Shown here: positions 41,133 through 50,905 of the stretch, one piece after another
Position numbering within the stretch: the stretch's first letter is position 1
How the letters are laid out: each line of letters begins with the position of its first letter
Source: Verrucomicrobiota bacterium
Lineage (GTDB): Bacteria; Verrucomicrobiota; Verrucomicrobiia; Limisphaerales; SXQI01
DNA: 64,000 nucleotides
Assembly (NCBI GenBank): GCA_033762115.1
Contig: JANRLX010000067.1
Span: forward strand, 1 to 64,000
Reading direction: 5' to 3'
Program-made: the position numbers and the translations under genes
Notes under the pieces: generated by a model
Databases searched by the model: none
Told to the model about the DNA's origin: nothing
Seen by the model: the letters and a program-made list of their open reading frames with translations, nothing else

Positions 41133-42038
41133 ATGCAAAAGCTTGTTCAACGGCAATGCCCCGTCTGCAAAAGCAGCAACTATTTGCCGTATCTTTCCAA
41201 GGAATCCTTGCAGTTGGTGAAGTGTCTTGAGTGCGGGATGACATTCTCGAATCCTGTAGCAGAGGAATTTATCACCGGCAGCTATTATAATGATTCAAGC
41301 AGTTATTACCTCTCCGAAGCGAAACTCGCCGGGGATTACTCGCCAGTCCGCTTCAGCAGGGAACTAGCTATTTTTCGGCGTTTTTCCCAGCGGGGACGCC
41401 TGCTTGATGTCGGCTGTTCCACTGGTGCATTTTTGTACCAGGTGGGGCAACGGTGGCCGGGTGATTACGAGATGCTCGGCACAGATGTGGCGGGTCCTGC
41501 TTTGGATTTTGCAAGAGCCAAAGGTGTCAACGTAACCAGCGCCCACTTGTTCGATGAAGAATGTGATTGGGGCAAATTTGACGCCATTACTTATTGGGCT
41601 GTGCTTGAGCATTTACCTGATCCTTCAATGTTTCTCAAACGCTCCTCTGAACTTCTGAAACCAAACGGACATTGTTTTGTTTTGGTCCCTAATTTCAATG
41701 CACTTGCAGTCAAACTTTTAGGTGCCCGTTATCGCTATATTCTTCCCCAGCATTTGAATTATTTTACCCGTCATACATTGCGCAGGCTGGCAGATGAACA
41801 TTTCACGATCCTTTACGAGGGTAATTCTCATTTTAATCCAGCTGTCATTTACCAGGATTGGAAACGTTCCGGAAGAACTGCCAGTGACCAGGAAAGGGCC
41901 GCTCTGCTTGCAAAAACAACACTCCTGAAAAACAATCGATGGCTGCTTCCGTTACGTGAGGGCTACAAGGTTGCGGAAAGGGTATTGGCCCTTTTGAATC
42001 TTGCCGACAATCTCGTGCTGGTTTTGAGGAAACGCTGA
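41133..42038 (+). CDS. Class I SAM methyltransferase with N-terminal Zn ribbon (glycan-associated type)
   Basis: CPVC...CLECG; LLDVGCSTG; VLEHLPDP; PQHLNYFT. Confidence 0.85.
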   Translation: MQKLVQRQCPVCKSSNYLPYLSKESLQLVKCLECGMTFSNPVAEEFITGSYYNDSSSYYLSEAKLAGDYSPVRFSRELAIFRRFSQRGRLLDVGCSTGAFLYQVGQRWPGDYEMLGTDVAGPALDFARAKGVNVTSAHLFDEECDWGKFDAITYWAVLEHLPDPSMFLKRSSELLKPNGHCFVLVPNFNALAVKLLGARYRYILPQHLNYFTRHTLRRLADEHFTILYEGNSHFNPAVIYQDWKRSGRTASDQERAALLAKTTLLKNNRWLLPLREGYKVAERVLALLNLADNLVLVLRKR

Positions 42039-42078
42039 AATCGACTTTGAGGCCATTTCCCGCAAGTCATTCAGGCAA

Positions 42079-43089
42079 CTAACTACCTGCGGGTCCACTG
42101 CTCGCCCGAACAACAAGTTCAGCTTCCAGCCGTCGCGAATCCGCAGGTTCACCCGCGAGCAATTTTTTCATCGCTTCCATTGCTGCCACTCCAAGCCGAA
42201 ACTTCGGCTGTCTCACGGTCGTCAAAGGAACGCGAAAATATTCGCTCACCAGAACATTCCCATATCCTGCAATGGAAATATCCTGTGGAATCCTCAATCC
42301 CTGTTGCAGCAGGACACTGGCGGTCCCAATTGCTATCAAATCATTCGCCAGCTGAATTGCGGTGACGTTAATTCCTTCATTTAAAAACTGGAGCGCTGCT
42401 TTTTCTCCATCTTCAATCGTCGTCCCGGCATTGAAAACGAGTCGGTCATCCTGTTCAAGATGTGCTTCACGCAATGCCTTGCGATATCCCTCCAGCCGTT
42501 CACGAGCCCAGGGGGAAGCGCTCGGTCCGGCAAAAAAGGCAATCCGTTTATGGCCAAGGGAAATCAGGTGCTCAGTTACTGATGCGCTTGCGAGGACATC
42601 CTCCGTTTCGACATTGACAAACCCGGCACAAAACGGCGCACGATGACCCAAGATCACTGTTGGTGTCGCTCGTTGGAAAAGTTCCTCGTAGGCAGGAGCA
42701 TTGGGAGCGAGACGATAAACAGGCACGATAAACATCCCATCGACTCGCCGGGCCAGAAGCCTACGGATCGCGATCTCCTCCCGTTGTGGATCATTTAATG
42801 TATGTGCCAGGACGATCTCATAACCGGCTTCATGTGCCCCCTCCTCAATACCCATCATCATCCGGGCAAAAATCGGATTCGTCACACTCGAGATCACGAG
42901 GCCAAGCAATCGAGTCGTGCGTGTTCGGAGACCTTGCGCCATTGCATCCGGAACGTAGCCCATTTGCTGGGCAAGACGTTTGATTCGAGTTTTGGTGGCG
43001 CTCGAAATGTCCGGGGCGTCCCTCAATACCTTCGAGACTGTCATTACTGAAACTCCGGCAGCCAGCGCAATGTCTTTAAGGCGGACCAT
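42079..43089 (-). CDS. LacI family transcriptional regulator
   Basis: LKDIALAAGVSVMTVSKVL HTH; LGHKRIAF; IPQDISIAGY; LTTVRQP. Confidence 0.93.
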   Translation of the reverse strand: MVRLKDIALAAGVSVMTVSKVLRDAPDISSATKTRIKRLAQQMGYVPDAMAQGLRTRTTRLLGLVISSVTNPIFARMMMGIEEGAHEAGYEIVLAHTLNDPQREEIAIRRLLARRVDGMFIVPVYRLAPNAPAYEELFQRATPTVILGHRAPFCAGFVNVETEDVLASASVTEHLISLGHKRIAFFAGPSASPWARERLEGYRKALREAHLEQDDRLVFNAGTTIEDGEKAALQFLNEGINVTAIQLANDLIAIGTASVLLQQGLRIPQDISIAGYGNVLVSEYFRVPLTTVRQPKFRLGVAAMEAMKKLLAGEPADSRRLEAELVVRASSGPAGS

Positions 43090-43093
43090 ATAT

Positions 43094-43954
43094 TTAGAGA
43101 TTCGATCCGCTCCAGTTTAGTTTTTGACGCAATGTGTTAAAAAAAGAGGAACCTGGAAGGCGCACCAACCGAATGGATTGCCTGCTCTGACGCAAAGTGA
43201 TCAGGTCGTCCCGTTGCAATGGCACCTGCACCTGTCCATCCGCCGTCAAAAAAACTTCCAGCTTTTCTGACAAAACCTTTACCTGAACAATTGAATCAAG
43301 GCTTACAATCACTGAACGTGCTGACAACGTGTGGGGACAAACCGGAGTGATGGTAAATACCGGGGTCGTGGGACTCACCACCGCCCCACCTGCCGCGAGG
43401 GAATAAGCAGTCGATCCAGTGGGTGAACTCACAATCAAACCATCGCACCGGTACCGGGTCAGCACTTCCTGATCTACTAATACCTCCAATTCGATCAACC
43501 GAGAAGCCACTCCTCTGCTAAAAACAAAATCGTTCAGGGCAGTCTGGTAAATCTGGGCCCCCGCCGCGTTTCCTGAAGCCTCAATCAAGGAACGTGATTC
43601 CAAGGAGAACACACGGTCCTGAATAGCTGCCAGCGCATCCTCTAATTGGTGCCGCTGAATGGCCGTTAAGAAACCCAAGCCACCGACGTTTACCCCCAGG
43701 ATCGGTGTGGAAGCTCCCTCCATCTGTCTGGCCACTCCAAGCATTGTTCCATCCCCGCCAAAAACGATGAGCATCTCAACATCCTTAGCAAGAGAAGTAA
43801 TGTCCTGGTGGGTTGCGGAAGTATCCACAAGCGCAGCGGTTTTTGGTTCCAGAAGCACTTCTCCCCCTTGATCCTGGATCAGATGCACCGCTTCCTGCAC
43901 AATGCTTCGGGAGGCGTTCTTCTCAGGATTTGCAATCAGGCCAATTCGTTGCAT
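43094..43954 (-). CDS. nadK: NAD+ kinase
   Basis: GGDGT, GLGFLT, ALND, DGLIVSSPTGSTAYSLAAGG. Confidence 0.95.
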   Translation of the reverse strand: MQRIGLIANPEKNASRSIVQEAVHLIQDQGGEVLLEPKTAALVDTSATHQDITSLAKDVEMLIVFGGDGTMLGVARQMEGASTPILGVNVGGLGFLTAIQRHQLEDALAAIQDRVFSLESRSLIEASGNAAGAQIYQTALNDFVFSRGVASRLIELEVLVDQEVLTRYRCDGLIVSSPTGSTAYSLAAGGAVVSPTTPVFTITPVCPHTLSARSVIVSLDSIVQVKVLSEKLEVFLTADGQVQVPLQRDDLITLRQSRQSIRLVRLPGSSFFNTLRQKLNWSGSNL

Positions 43955-43956
43955 GG

Positions 43957-44697
43957 CTAAAGCTTTTGAATGAGAGCCAGGAATTCCTTGTTCCCTGCAG
44001 GACCGATCAGCGGCGATTCAACATCTCGAACCCACCTTAAGCTCCCGATTTGTTCCACAAAATTCCTTAATTTTTCCAATACTCGTTGATGAATGGCCGG
44101 ATCGGTAATGACCCCCTCTCCACGATCCACTTCTGCTTTGCCTGCTTCAAATTGCGGTTTGACCAGCGCCACGAGTGTACCGCCTGAACGAAGCAATGCA
44201 ACGGCGGCGGGCAAGATTTTTTCCAGGGAAATAAATGAACAATCAATCACCACCAGATCCAGCGCGGTAAACGGTTGAGGCATTCTTTGAGGAATCAAAT
44301 CACGGGCATTCGTCCGCTCCATCACGATTACTCTTGGATCCTGCCTTAATTTCCAGGAAAGCTGCCCTTGTCCGACATCGACTGCATAAACCTTTTTTGC
44401 TCCATGCTGGAGCAGGCAATCCGTGAATCCTCCAGTGGAGGCTCCCAAATCTGCGGCAATGGAATCCTGGACATTTACCCCAAACAGGGAAATAGCGTGT
44501 TCCAATTTGTATCCCCCGCGGCTAACATACCGTTCCGGTTGCTGAAGGGTGATGATATCCGTGGACTTGACCTTGTCGCTTGCCTTCTGCGCAACCTGCT
44601 CATTGATGCGGATCATGCCTGCCAGAATTGCCCGTTTCGCCCTTTCCCGGCTCTCGCACAGCCCTCTTTCGACCAACGCCTGGTCCAGCCGTGTCAT
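43957..44697 (-). CDS. tlyA: TlyA family rRNA methyltransferase
   Basis: S4 domain RLDQALV; YVSRGGYKL; DLGASTGGFTDCLLQ; SFISL; LVKPQFE; GNKEF. Confidence 0.93.
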   Translation of the reverse strand: MTRLDQALVERGLCESRERAKRAILAGMIRINEQVAQKASDKVKSTDIITLQQPERYVSRGGYKLEHAISLFGVNVQDSIAADLGASTGGFTDCLLQHGAKKVYAVDVGQGQLSWKLRQDPRVIVMERTNARDLIPQRMPQPFTALDLVVIDCSFISLEKILPAAVALLRSGGTLVALVKPQFEAGKAEVDRGEGVITDPAIHQRVLEKLRNFVEQIGSLRWVRDVESPLIGPAGNKEFLALIQKL

Positions 44698-44743
44698 TAC
44701 GAATCAAATTCCGGGAACAGGCTCGACACTGCAAGCTTTCAAA

Positions 44744-45208
44744 TCATTTCCCCTGCGAAATCCTGATTTGTGTGTCGCGATAGACATTCAAAAACAAGTT
44801 ATTGTCAGATACCACTCGCTGGATAATCTGGGGCATGCTGGGCAAATCCATCGGATTGACCACTGCATGCACACTCTGCACGAAGGCCTGCATAGGATTA
44901 AGCGTTTCAAACGAATCTCCAATCATGATGACTGAGGCATGGCGCCGCAGGTTCATCGGTGCAATCTGCATATATGAAAGACTTTCATTTTCAGAAAGGG
45001 AGGTCGCGGCGAACAGTTCCGATATGATCACCACCTGATACTGGATGCTGGTAAAACGCTTGATAAATTCCTGGTGATCTGTCGCGGTATGGACCTTAAA
45101 ACCGAGTTCCTGTAGGACGGTTCGATTGAAGTCACGCACTTCGGGTGAGCTGACCGCTATCAGCGCGGGTTTATCCGTCGGGCTTATGATTTCCAGATCA
45201 ATGGCCAT
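44744..45208 (-). CDS. Pseudo-receiver (CheY-like) protein linked to the pilT pair
   Basis: Receiver-like pattern (ALIAV..., LGFKVHTA, YQVVIISE) with no acidic pocket or phospho-Asp; 2 bp after the second PilT gene. Confidence 0.55.
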   Translation of the reverse strand: MAIDLEIISPTDKPALIAVSSPEVRDFNRTVLQELGFKVHTATDHQEFIKRFTSIQYQVVIISELFAATSLSENESLSYMQIAPMNLRRHASVIMIGDSFETLNPMQAFVQSVHAVVNPMDLPSMPQIIQRVVSDNNLFLNVYRDTQIRISQGK

Positions 45209-45210
45209 AA

Positions 45211-46416
45211 TTATTTTAATTTCAATACCGGCGGAGGAGTGCTCATGGGAATTTTCTCCGAAGTTCCATCTTTTTTCATTTGCAACCCGCTCAGACTGGT
45301 GGTCATTTCCCCACGCCGCTTTTTGATATTATCAATACCGCGTGTCACTGGTCCTTTTTTCGTGCAATATAACAAGGCCGTCTCCTCACTGATAACGCCA
45401 TTATCGTAAGCCTCCAAACAGGCCTGGTCGAAGGTCCTCCAGCCGAAGGTATAGCTGGATTCTATGATTTCGAAGAAACTGCGTCCCTCCCCCTCTCCCT
45501 GCACAATGCTGTCCTTGATTCGCAGATTGGATCCCATGATTTCCAGGAGTGCATGACGTCCCCCACCCTCCTTAGGCGCAAGCCGCTGGCTGATCACCCA
45601 CCTCAACGTGTCCGCGAGGCGCAACCGTAACTGCTCCTGCTCTTCCTGCTCGAACATACCCAGGATACGGTTAATTGTCTGCCCTGCGTCGATTGTGTGC
45701 AGCGTGCTGACCACGAGGTGTCCCGTTTCTGCCGCGCTTAAACCGATCTCGACTGTCTGGCGATCACGCATTTCCCCGACGAGAATTACTTTTGGAGCCT
45801 GGCGTAACGCCGCCCGCAATCCTGAGGAAAAGGAATCGAAATCCGTTCCCATTTCACGCTGGTTAAAAGTTGCTTTCTTCTGGGAATGCACAAACTCGAC
45901 AGGATCCTCCAAGGTAATGATATGGATCGATTTATTCTCGTTAATATCATTCAGCAACGCTGCCAAAGTAGTTGATTTACCGGAACCTGTTGCACCCGTC
46001 ACAAGGATCAATCCTGTTTTCTCTTTGGCTACCTGATGGAAAATTTCAGGAAGTTTAAGGTCGGCCAATGATGGAATTTTTGTATTAAGTTTGCGGAGAA
46101 CGACTGAGTAATTCCCGCGCTGGGAAAAAATATTAACACGAAAACGCGCTTTTCCCGTTAACGAATAGGAAGAGTCGCATGAACCAGTCCGTAAAAGATC
46201 CTCGGTTAATCGACGGTTCCCCGCCACAAGATTCAACGCCAGCATTTCCGTTTGATATGGTGTCAGCTTGCTGATCGGCGGTTCAACCGCCACAGGAACC
46301 AGTTGTCCCGAACTCTCAACCTGTAGCGGTTTGTCCACAGTGATGTTCAAGTCCGACACATCCTTGTTGGACTCAAGCATTGTTCCGAGTATGTAATCCA
46401 GTTCGTTGCGGCGCAT
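45211..46416 (-). CDS. PilT/PilU family retraction ATPase
   Basis: RFRVNIF, GATGSGKSTT, TLEDPVEF, ALRQAPKVILVGEMRD, ETGHLVVSTLHT; lacks AIRNLIRE. Confidence 0.9.
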   Translation of the reverse strand: MRRNELDYILGTMLESNKDVSDLNITVDKPLQVESSGQLVPVAVEPPISKLTPYQTEMLALNLVAGNRRLTEDLLRTGSCDSSYSLTGKARFRVNIFSQRGNYSVVLRKLNTKIPSLADLKLPEIFHQVAKEKTGLILVTGATGSGKSTTLAALLNDINENKSIHIITLEDPVEFVHSQKKATFNQREMGTDFDSFSSGLRAALRQAPKVILVGEMRDRQTVEIGLSAAETGHLVVSTLHTIDAGQTINRILGMFEQEEQEQLRLRLADTLRWVISQRLAPKEGGGRHALLEIMGSNLRIKDSIVQGEGEGRSFFEIIESSYTFGWRTFDQACLEAYDNGVISEETALLYCTKKGPVTRGIDNIKKRRGEMTTSLSGLQMKKDGTSEKIPMSTPPPVLKLK

Positions 46417-46432
46417 GGCAGTGGCTTAGGAG

Positions 46433-47524
46433 TTATTCCTCATCCTCCGGAGGCGTTTTCAGGAATGGACGGAATTTTTTTCGATCCAGGCATTTATCGT
46501 AAGCTTCTTCAGGGGCAATCCGACCCATTTTCAAATGATCAAGGATCGCATCATCAAGCGGTTGATTTCCCAGGCGTTTTCCGACCTGGATCATACCAGG
46601 AATCTGGTGAGTTTTGCCTTCGCGGACCAGGTTCGCAATGGCCGTGGTAAAGACCAGGATTTCCAATGCTGCGACGCGACCTTTCTTATCAATTCGTTTA
46701 AATAAATTCTGCGCCACAACCCCCCGAAGGGCTTCGGATAAAGTCGCCCGAATTTTGTTCTGCTGCTCGCCAGGAAACACGTCGATAATACGATCAACGG
46801 TTTTGGCAGCACTTGGTGTGTGCAACGTGCCGAAGACCAAATGCCCTGTGCTTGCGGCGGTCAATGCGAGTTCAATAGTTTCCAGGTCGCGCAACTCACC
46901 CACCAAGATAATGTCCGGGTCTTCACGCAAAGCTCCACGCAAAGCGGACGCAAAGGATTTGGTGTGGACACCCACTTCGCGGTGGTTGATCAGCGAATTT
47001 TTGCTTTCATGCACAAACTCAATCGGGTCCTCAACAGTCAGGATATGGTCACGCCGATTCTTGTTTGCGTAATCAATCATTGCTGCAAGGGTCGTGGATT
47101 TGCCCGAACCGGTTGGCCCGGTCACAACCACCAATCCCTTGTGCAACATGGCAAATTTCTTCAGGACGGCAGGCAAGGGCGCACCAATCCCTTCAAAATC
47201 TTCGAACGACAGGACCTTCGAGGGGATTTGTCGGAATACGGCCGCACAGCCATATTTTTGGTTGAAAAAATTGGCACGGAAACGGGACACGTTCGGAATT
47301 TCATAGCCGAAATCCACATCCCCGGTTTCCTCGTAAACCTTTACCTTGTACTCCGGCGTGATTTCATAGAGCATCGATTTCAGCTCGTCACTTTCCAGCG
47401 GGGGATAGTCTACCCGATGTAACTCGCCGTTGATCCGGAGAATTGGAGGGTTCCCTGAGGAGAGGTGCAGGTCCGAAGCTTTTTGCTCGAACATCAGGTT
47501 AAAGAAGGCATCGATCTTTGCCAT
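46433..47524 (-). CDS. pilT: Type IV pilus retraction ATPase PilT
   Basis: ASDLHL, GPTGSGKSTT, EDPIEF, ALREDPDIILVGELRD, TGHLVFGTLHT, AIANLVREGK. Confidence 0.93.
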   Translation of the reverse strand: MAKIDAFFNLMFEQKASDLHLSSGNPPILRINGELHRVDYPPLESDELKSMLYEITPEYKVKVYEETGDVDFGYEIPNVSRFRANFFNQKYGCAAVFRQIPSKVLSFEDFEGIGAPLPAVLKKFAMLHKGLVVVTGPTGSGKSTTLAAMIDYANKNRRDHILTVEDPIEFVHESKNSLINHREVGVHTKSFASALRGALREDPDIILVGELRDLETIELALTAASTGHLVFGTLHTPSAAKTVDRIIDVFPGEQQNKIRATLSEALRGVVAQNLFKRIDKKGRVAALEILVFTTAIANLVREGKTHQIPGMIQVGKRLGNQPLDDAILDHLKMGRIAPEEAYDKCLDRKKFRPFLKTPPEDEE

Positions 47525-47576
47525 ACTTGATCAAGTGTTGTGATTTCTAGAGCATTGCGCAGAATCCTGCAAGCGG

Positions 47577-48641
47577 ATGAATCAGCTTCAAGCCGAAATT
47601 GCACAGGAAATTACCCGGGCCGGTCCCATGAACATGGCCCGCTTTATGGAGCTTGCATTGTATCATCCTGCGCTGGGTTACTATCGTTCGCCGAATTTAA
47701 TCATCGGCAAATCGGGAGATTTCTACACCAGCGTCAGCGTGGGCTCCTGTTTCGGGGAACTCCTTGCGCGACGCTTTATCTGTTGGGCAACTGCACTCCA
47801 GCATGGTTCATTCCAGATTGTTGAATTAGCTGCTCATAACGGGCAATTAGCCAGCGATATTCTTCATTTTCTCCGCACGACCGCTCCTTCCTTTTACGAA
47901 CAGGTCACCTATACAATCTGCGAGCCGCGGGAAAATTACCGCATTGTTCAAAGGCAAACTCTCGCTGAATTTTCCCGAAAGGTGGAATGGCATACCATCG
48001 AAACTCTCCCTCAGATTCGGGGGGTAATCTTCTCCAATGAATTGTTTGATGCCCTGCCTGCCCGTCTTTTTCGCTATTTTAAGCAGGAAAGACTGTTCCG
48101 CGAAATCGGCGTCGGCCTTTCTTCTGAAGGAAAACTGGATTTCGTTACTCTATCGAAAACTTGTGCTGTGCGTCCGCCGTTTGATCGGGAAGTTCCTGAT
48201 CAACTGCCAGATGGATTTTTTTTCGAAATTTCTGAAACCGGTAATGCGCTGTATGAAAATCTTTCGCAAAAGCTCAAGTATGGCTATCTCCTCACGATTG
48301 ATTATGGATTCTTGCAGGAGGAAATCCAACAGATGGGGAAATTGACCCTTCGTGCTTACCACAATCACCATTTAACCTCCGATATCCTCGCCAACCCCGG
48401 CGAACAGGACATCACCCGTACGATTAACTTTACTGAACTTCTGCAGATCGGTGAACGTGACGGACTTAAAACTGAATTTTTTACCTCCCAGGAGCGTTTC
48501 CTGATGGATACTTTAACTCTTTCCCAAAGCATCAATCTTTTGTTGCCGGAAGGGCCGTCCTTAATTGGGCAACTCAAAACATTGACAAATCCTCAGCACC
48601 TTGGGTCCAAGTTCCGGGTCCTTCTGCAATCCCGTTTCTGA
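47577..48641 (+). CDS. MidA/NDUFAF7 family SAM-dependent methyltransferase
   Basis: FMELALYHP..GYY, GDFYTS, SNELFDALP, IDYG, PGEQDIT, LGSKFRVL. Confidence 0.88.
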   Translation: MNQLQAEIAQEITRAGPMNMARFMELALYHPALGYYRSPNLIIGKSGDFYTSVSVGSCFGELLARRFICWATALQHGSFQIVELAAHNGQLASDILHFLRTTAPSFYEQVTYTICEPRENYRIVQRQTLAEFSRKVEWHTIETLPQIRGVIFSNELFDALPARLFRYFKQERLFREIGVGLSSEGKLDFVTLSKTCAVRPPFDREVPDQLPDGFFFEISETGNALYENLSQKLKYGYLLTIDYGFLQEEIQQMGKLTLRAYHNHHLTSDILANPGEQDITRTINFTELLQIGERDGLKTEFFTSQERFLMDTLTLSQSINLLLPEGPSLIGQLKTLTNPQHLGSKFRVLLQSRF

Positions 48642-48666
48642 CAAATACCAACCGGAAAACCGTGAT

Positions 48667-48879
48667 TTACGCTGGCTGGAGCGAACTCCCTTTGTGTGCC
48701 GCCTTTTTGCCAGATTTGGTGCTCTTGACCAGATATTGGGGAGAAGTTTTCGAGGCTGCGATACGATGACCTTTGATACGAGTTGGTTTGGTCAGACGTT
48801 TCTCGACCACTCCCACGGTGCTTCCTTGCGGCGTGTTCCATCTCACCTTCCTTTTTGGATGAATGCTGCTTTCTTTCAC
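48667..48879 (-). CDS. Small basic DUF2945/Hva1 Tudor-like protein
   Basis: KVRWNTPQGSTVGVV...AS...PQYLVKSTKSGKKAAHKGSSL pattern; GTG start. Confidence 0.75.
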   Translation of the reverse strand: MKESSIHPKRKVRWNTPQGSTVGVVEKRLTKPTRIKGHRIAASKTSPQYLVKSTKSGKKAAHKGSSLQPA

Positions 48880-48924
48880 CCGGAAAGTTAACCTTTTATC
48901 CTGCCGATTTCCATGGATACGTGT

Positions 48925-49557
48925 CTATGGAGAAAGCCGGTCGATTCGCCAGTCGCCCGATGAACGGGTGTAAAGAAATCGATCGTGCAGCCGACTTGGG
49001 CGTCCTTGCCAAAACTCAATCGCTTCAGGACACAGCAGGTACCCTCCCCAATAGGGGGGCAATGGAACATTTTCCCCATACTGTGTCTGTAATTCCGAAA
49101 ACCGTGTTTCGAGGAACTCTCTGCAGGTCACAACACTCGATTGTTTCGAAACCCAGGCTCCAATGCGACTTGCGAGCGGACGCACTTTAAAATAGGCCTC
49201 GGAATCAGAGCGTGGAAGCAGTTCGCAACGACCACGAATGCAAACCTGCCGCTCCAAAGGAGCCCAGAAAAAATTCAGGGCAGCCCGATTATTGACTGCC
49301 AATTCCTGGCCTTTGCGACTTTCATAATTCGTAAAAAAGCTGAATCCCCGTTCATCCACCGCTTTAAGCAAAACGATCCTGCTTGAAGGTTGCATTTGAG
49401 AATCGACCGTGGAAAGCGTCATCGCATTGGTTTCCAGGACCTCGCTTTTCAATGCCTGCTCAAACCATTTCCTGAACTGCATGATCGGATCAATTTCCAG
49501 GTCAGCCCGCCGCAATCCTTCACGGGTATACTCTTTACGCAATTCGGCAATGGTCAT
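48925..49557 (-). CDS. pdxH: Pyridoxine/pyridoxamine 5'-phosphate oxidase
   Basis: LRKEY, NAMTLST, RIVLLK, FFTNYESRKG, WGGY, EFWQGRPSRLHDR, RLSP. Start at ATG 49557. Confidence 0.95.
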   Translation of the reverse strand: MTIAELRKEYTREGLRRADLEIDPIMQFRKWFEQALKSEVLETNAMTLSTVDSQMQPSSRIVLLKAVDERGFSFFTNYESRKGQELAVNNRAALNFFWAPLERQVCIRGRCELLPRSDSEAYFKVRPLASRIGAWVSKQSSVVTCREFLETRFSELQTQYGENVPLPPYWGGYLLCPEAIEFWQGRPSRLHDRFLYTRSSGDWRIDRLSP

Positions 49558-49559
49558 AA

Positions 49560-49883
49560 TCAATAACGGGGCAGTGTGGGATCGACTTCGATTGACCATG
49601 CGTCAATTCCACCGCTTAGGTTTCTCAACTCTTTGAAGCCAGCCATTTGCAGGAAACCGATTGCATGAGCGCTACGGATTCCGTGATGACAATAAACAAT
49701 TATGGATTCATTGATCCAATCCCGAAGTTCTTCAACGCGAGATTCCAATTCATGCAATGGAATCAATCGGCTGTTTGGCAGCGCTGCAAACTGATGTTCT
49801 TCGATTTGTCTGACATCCAATAGCCGAGGCGGCTTTTCTGAAGCCAGCATTTCGGCGAGTTCAGTGGCTGTCACCCTGTTCAT
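49560..49883 (-). CDS. Single-domain rhodanese
   Basis: LLDVRQ, VYCHHGIRS, LSGGIDAWS. ATG at 49883 overlaps the trxB stop. Confidence 0.88.
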   Translation of the reverse strand: MNRVTATELAEMLASEKPPRLLDVRQIEEHQFAALPNSRLIPLHELESRVEELRDWINESIIVYCHHGIRSAHAIGFLQMAGFKELRNLSGGIDAWSIEVDPTLPRY

Positions 49884-50812
49884 TCCCTGGGCAAACCGCT
49901 CAGGAATCGTTCCGCATCGATGGCTGCGGCACACCCCATCCCAGCAGCAGTAATTGCTTGCCTGTAAACATGATCCGAGCAATCTCCAGCGACGAAAACC
50001 CCTTTGACATTGGTCAGACTGCCCTGAGTTGGAACGATATAGCCATTTTCGTCCATATCAATCTGTCCCTTGAAAATCTGGGTGTTTGGCACATGCCCGA
50101 TCGCCACGAACACGCCGGCGCAATCGAGGATAGACTCATTTCCTGTTTTTAGATTTTTGAGACGAACTCCGGTAACTGTGTCCAATTTCACGTCCAAAAT
50201 TTCAGTCACAACCGAATCCCAAACCGGCTTGATTTTAGGATTCGCAAGGGTTCGGTCTGCCATGACTCGCGATGCACGCAGTGAATCACGGCGATGAACC
50301 AGGTAAACCACTGAAGCAAAACGGGTCAGGTAAGTGGCTTCCTCGCAGGCGGAATCTCCTCCTCCCACAACCACCAAAGGCTTGTTCCGAAACATCGGCA
50401 ATGCTCCATCACAAGTGGCGCAATAGGTCACTCCCTTTTTTTCAAGCAGATGCTCACTTTCCAACCCGAGATGACGATGCCCCGCGCCACTGGCAATGAT
50501 CAAGGTTTGGGTTTGGAGTGGCTCGCCATCCACGGTCAAAGTGAACGGGTTTTTACCAAGGTCCACCGCTTCAACAGTCCCAAATTTTGTGCGCGCACCA
50601 AAGCGTTCCGCCTGTTTTTGCATCCGTGTCATTAATTCATACCCATCAATCCCCTCAGGAAATCCTGGAAAATTTTCCACTATGCTGGTGGTGGTAAGCA
50701 ATCCGCCGGGCATGGTGCCAGTGAGAACGAGCGGGTTCAGATTGGCACGGGCAGTGTAAAGAGCGGCAGTTAACCCCGCGCAACCCGTTCCTATAATCAC
50801 GACTTTTTCCAT
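49880..50812 (-). CDS. trxB: Thioredoxin reductase
   Basis: IIGTGCAGLTAALY, VENFPGF, CATCDG, GGGDSA, VFVAGD, YRQAITAAG. Confidence 0.95.
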   Translation of the reverse strand: MEKVVIIGTGCAGLTAALYTARANLNPLVLTGTMPGGLLTTTSIVENFPGFPEGIDGYELMTRMQKQAERFGARTKFGTVEAVDLGKNPFTLTVDGEPLQTQTLIIASGAGHRHLGLESEHLLEKKGVTYCATCDGALPMFRNKPLVVVGGGDSACEEATYLTRFASVVYLVHRRDSLRASRVMADRTLANPKIKPVWDSVVTEILDVKLDTVTGVRLKNLKTGNESILDCAGVFVAIGHVPNTQIFKGQIDMDENGYIVPTQGSLTNVKGVFVAGDCSDHVYRQAITAAGMGCAAAIDAERFLSGLPRE

Positions 50813-50905
50813 AAAGCGCGAACGTTAGCGATTGAGGATTGCAATAGCAAGCGACCCTCGTGGCAATATATTATAACAGAAAGAAGATGCCACTGATTCT
50901 GCTAC

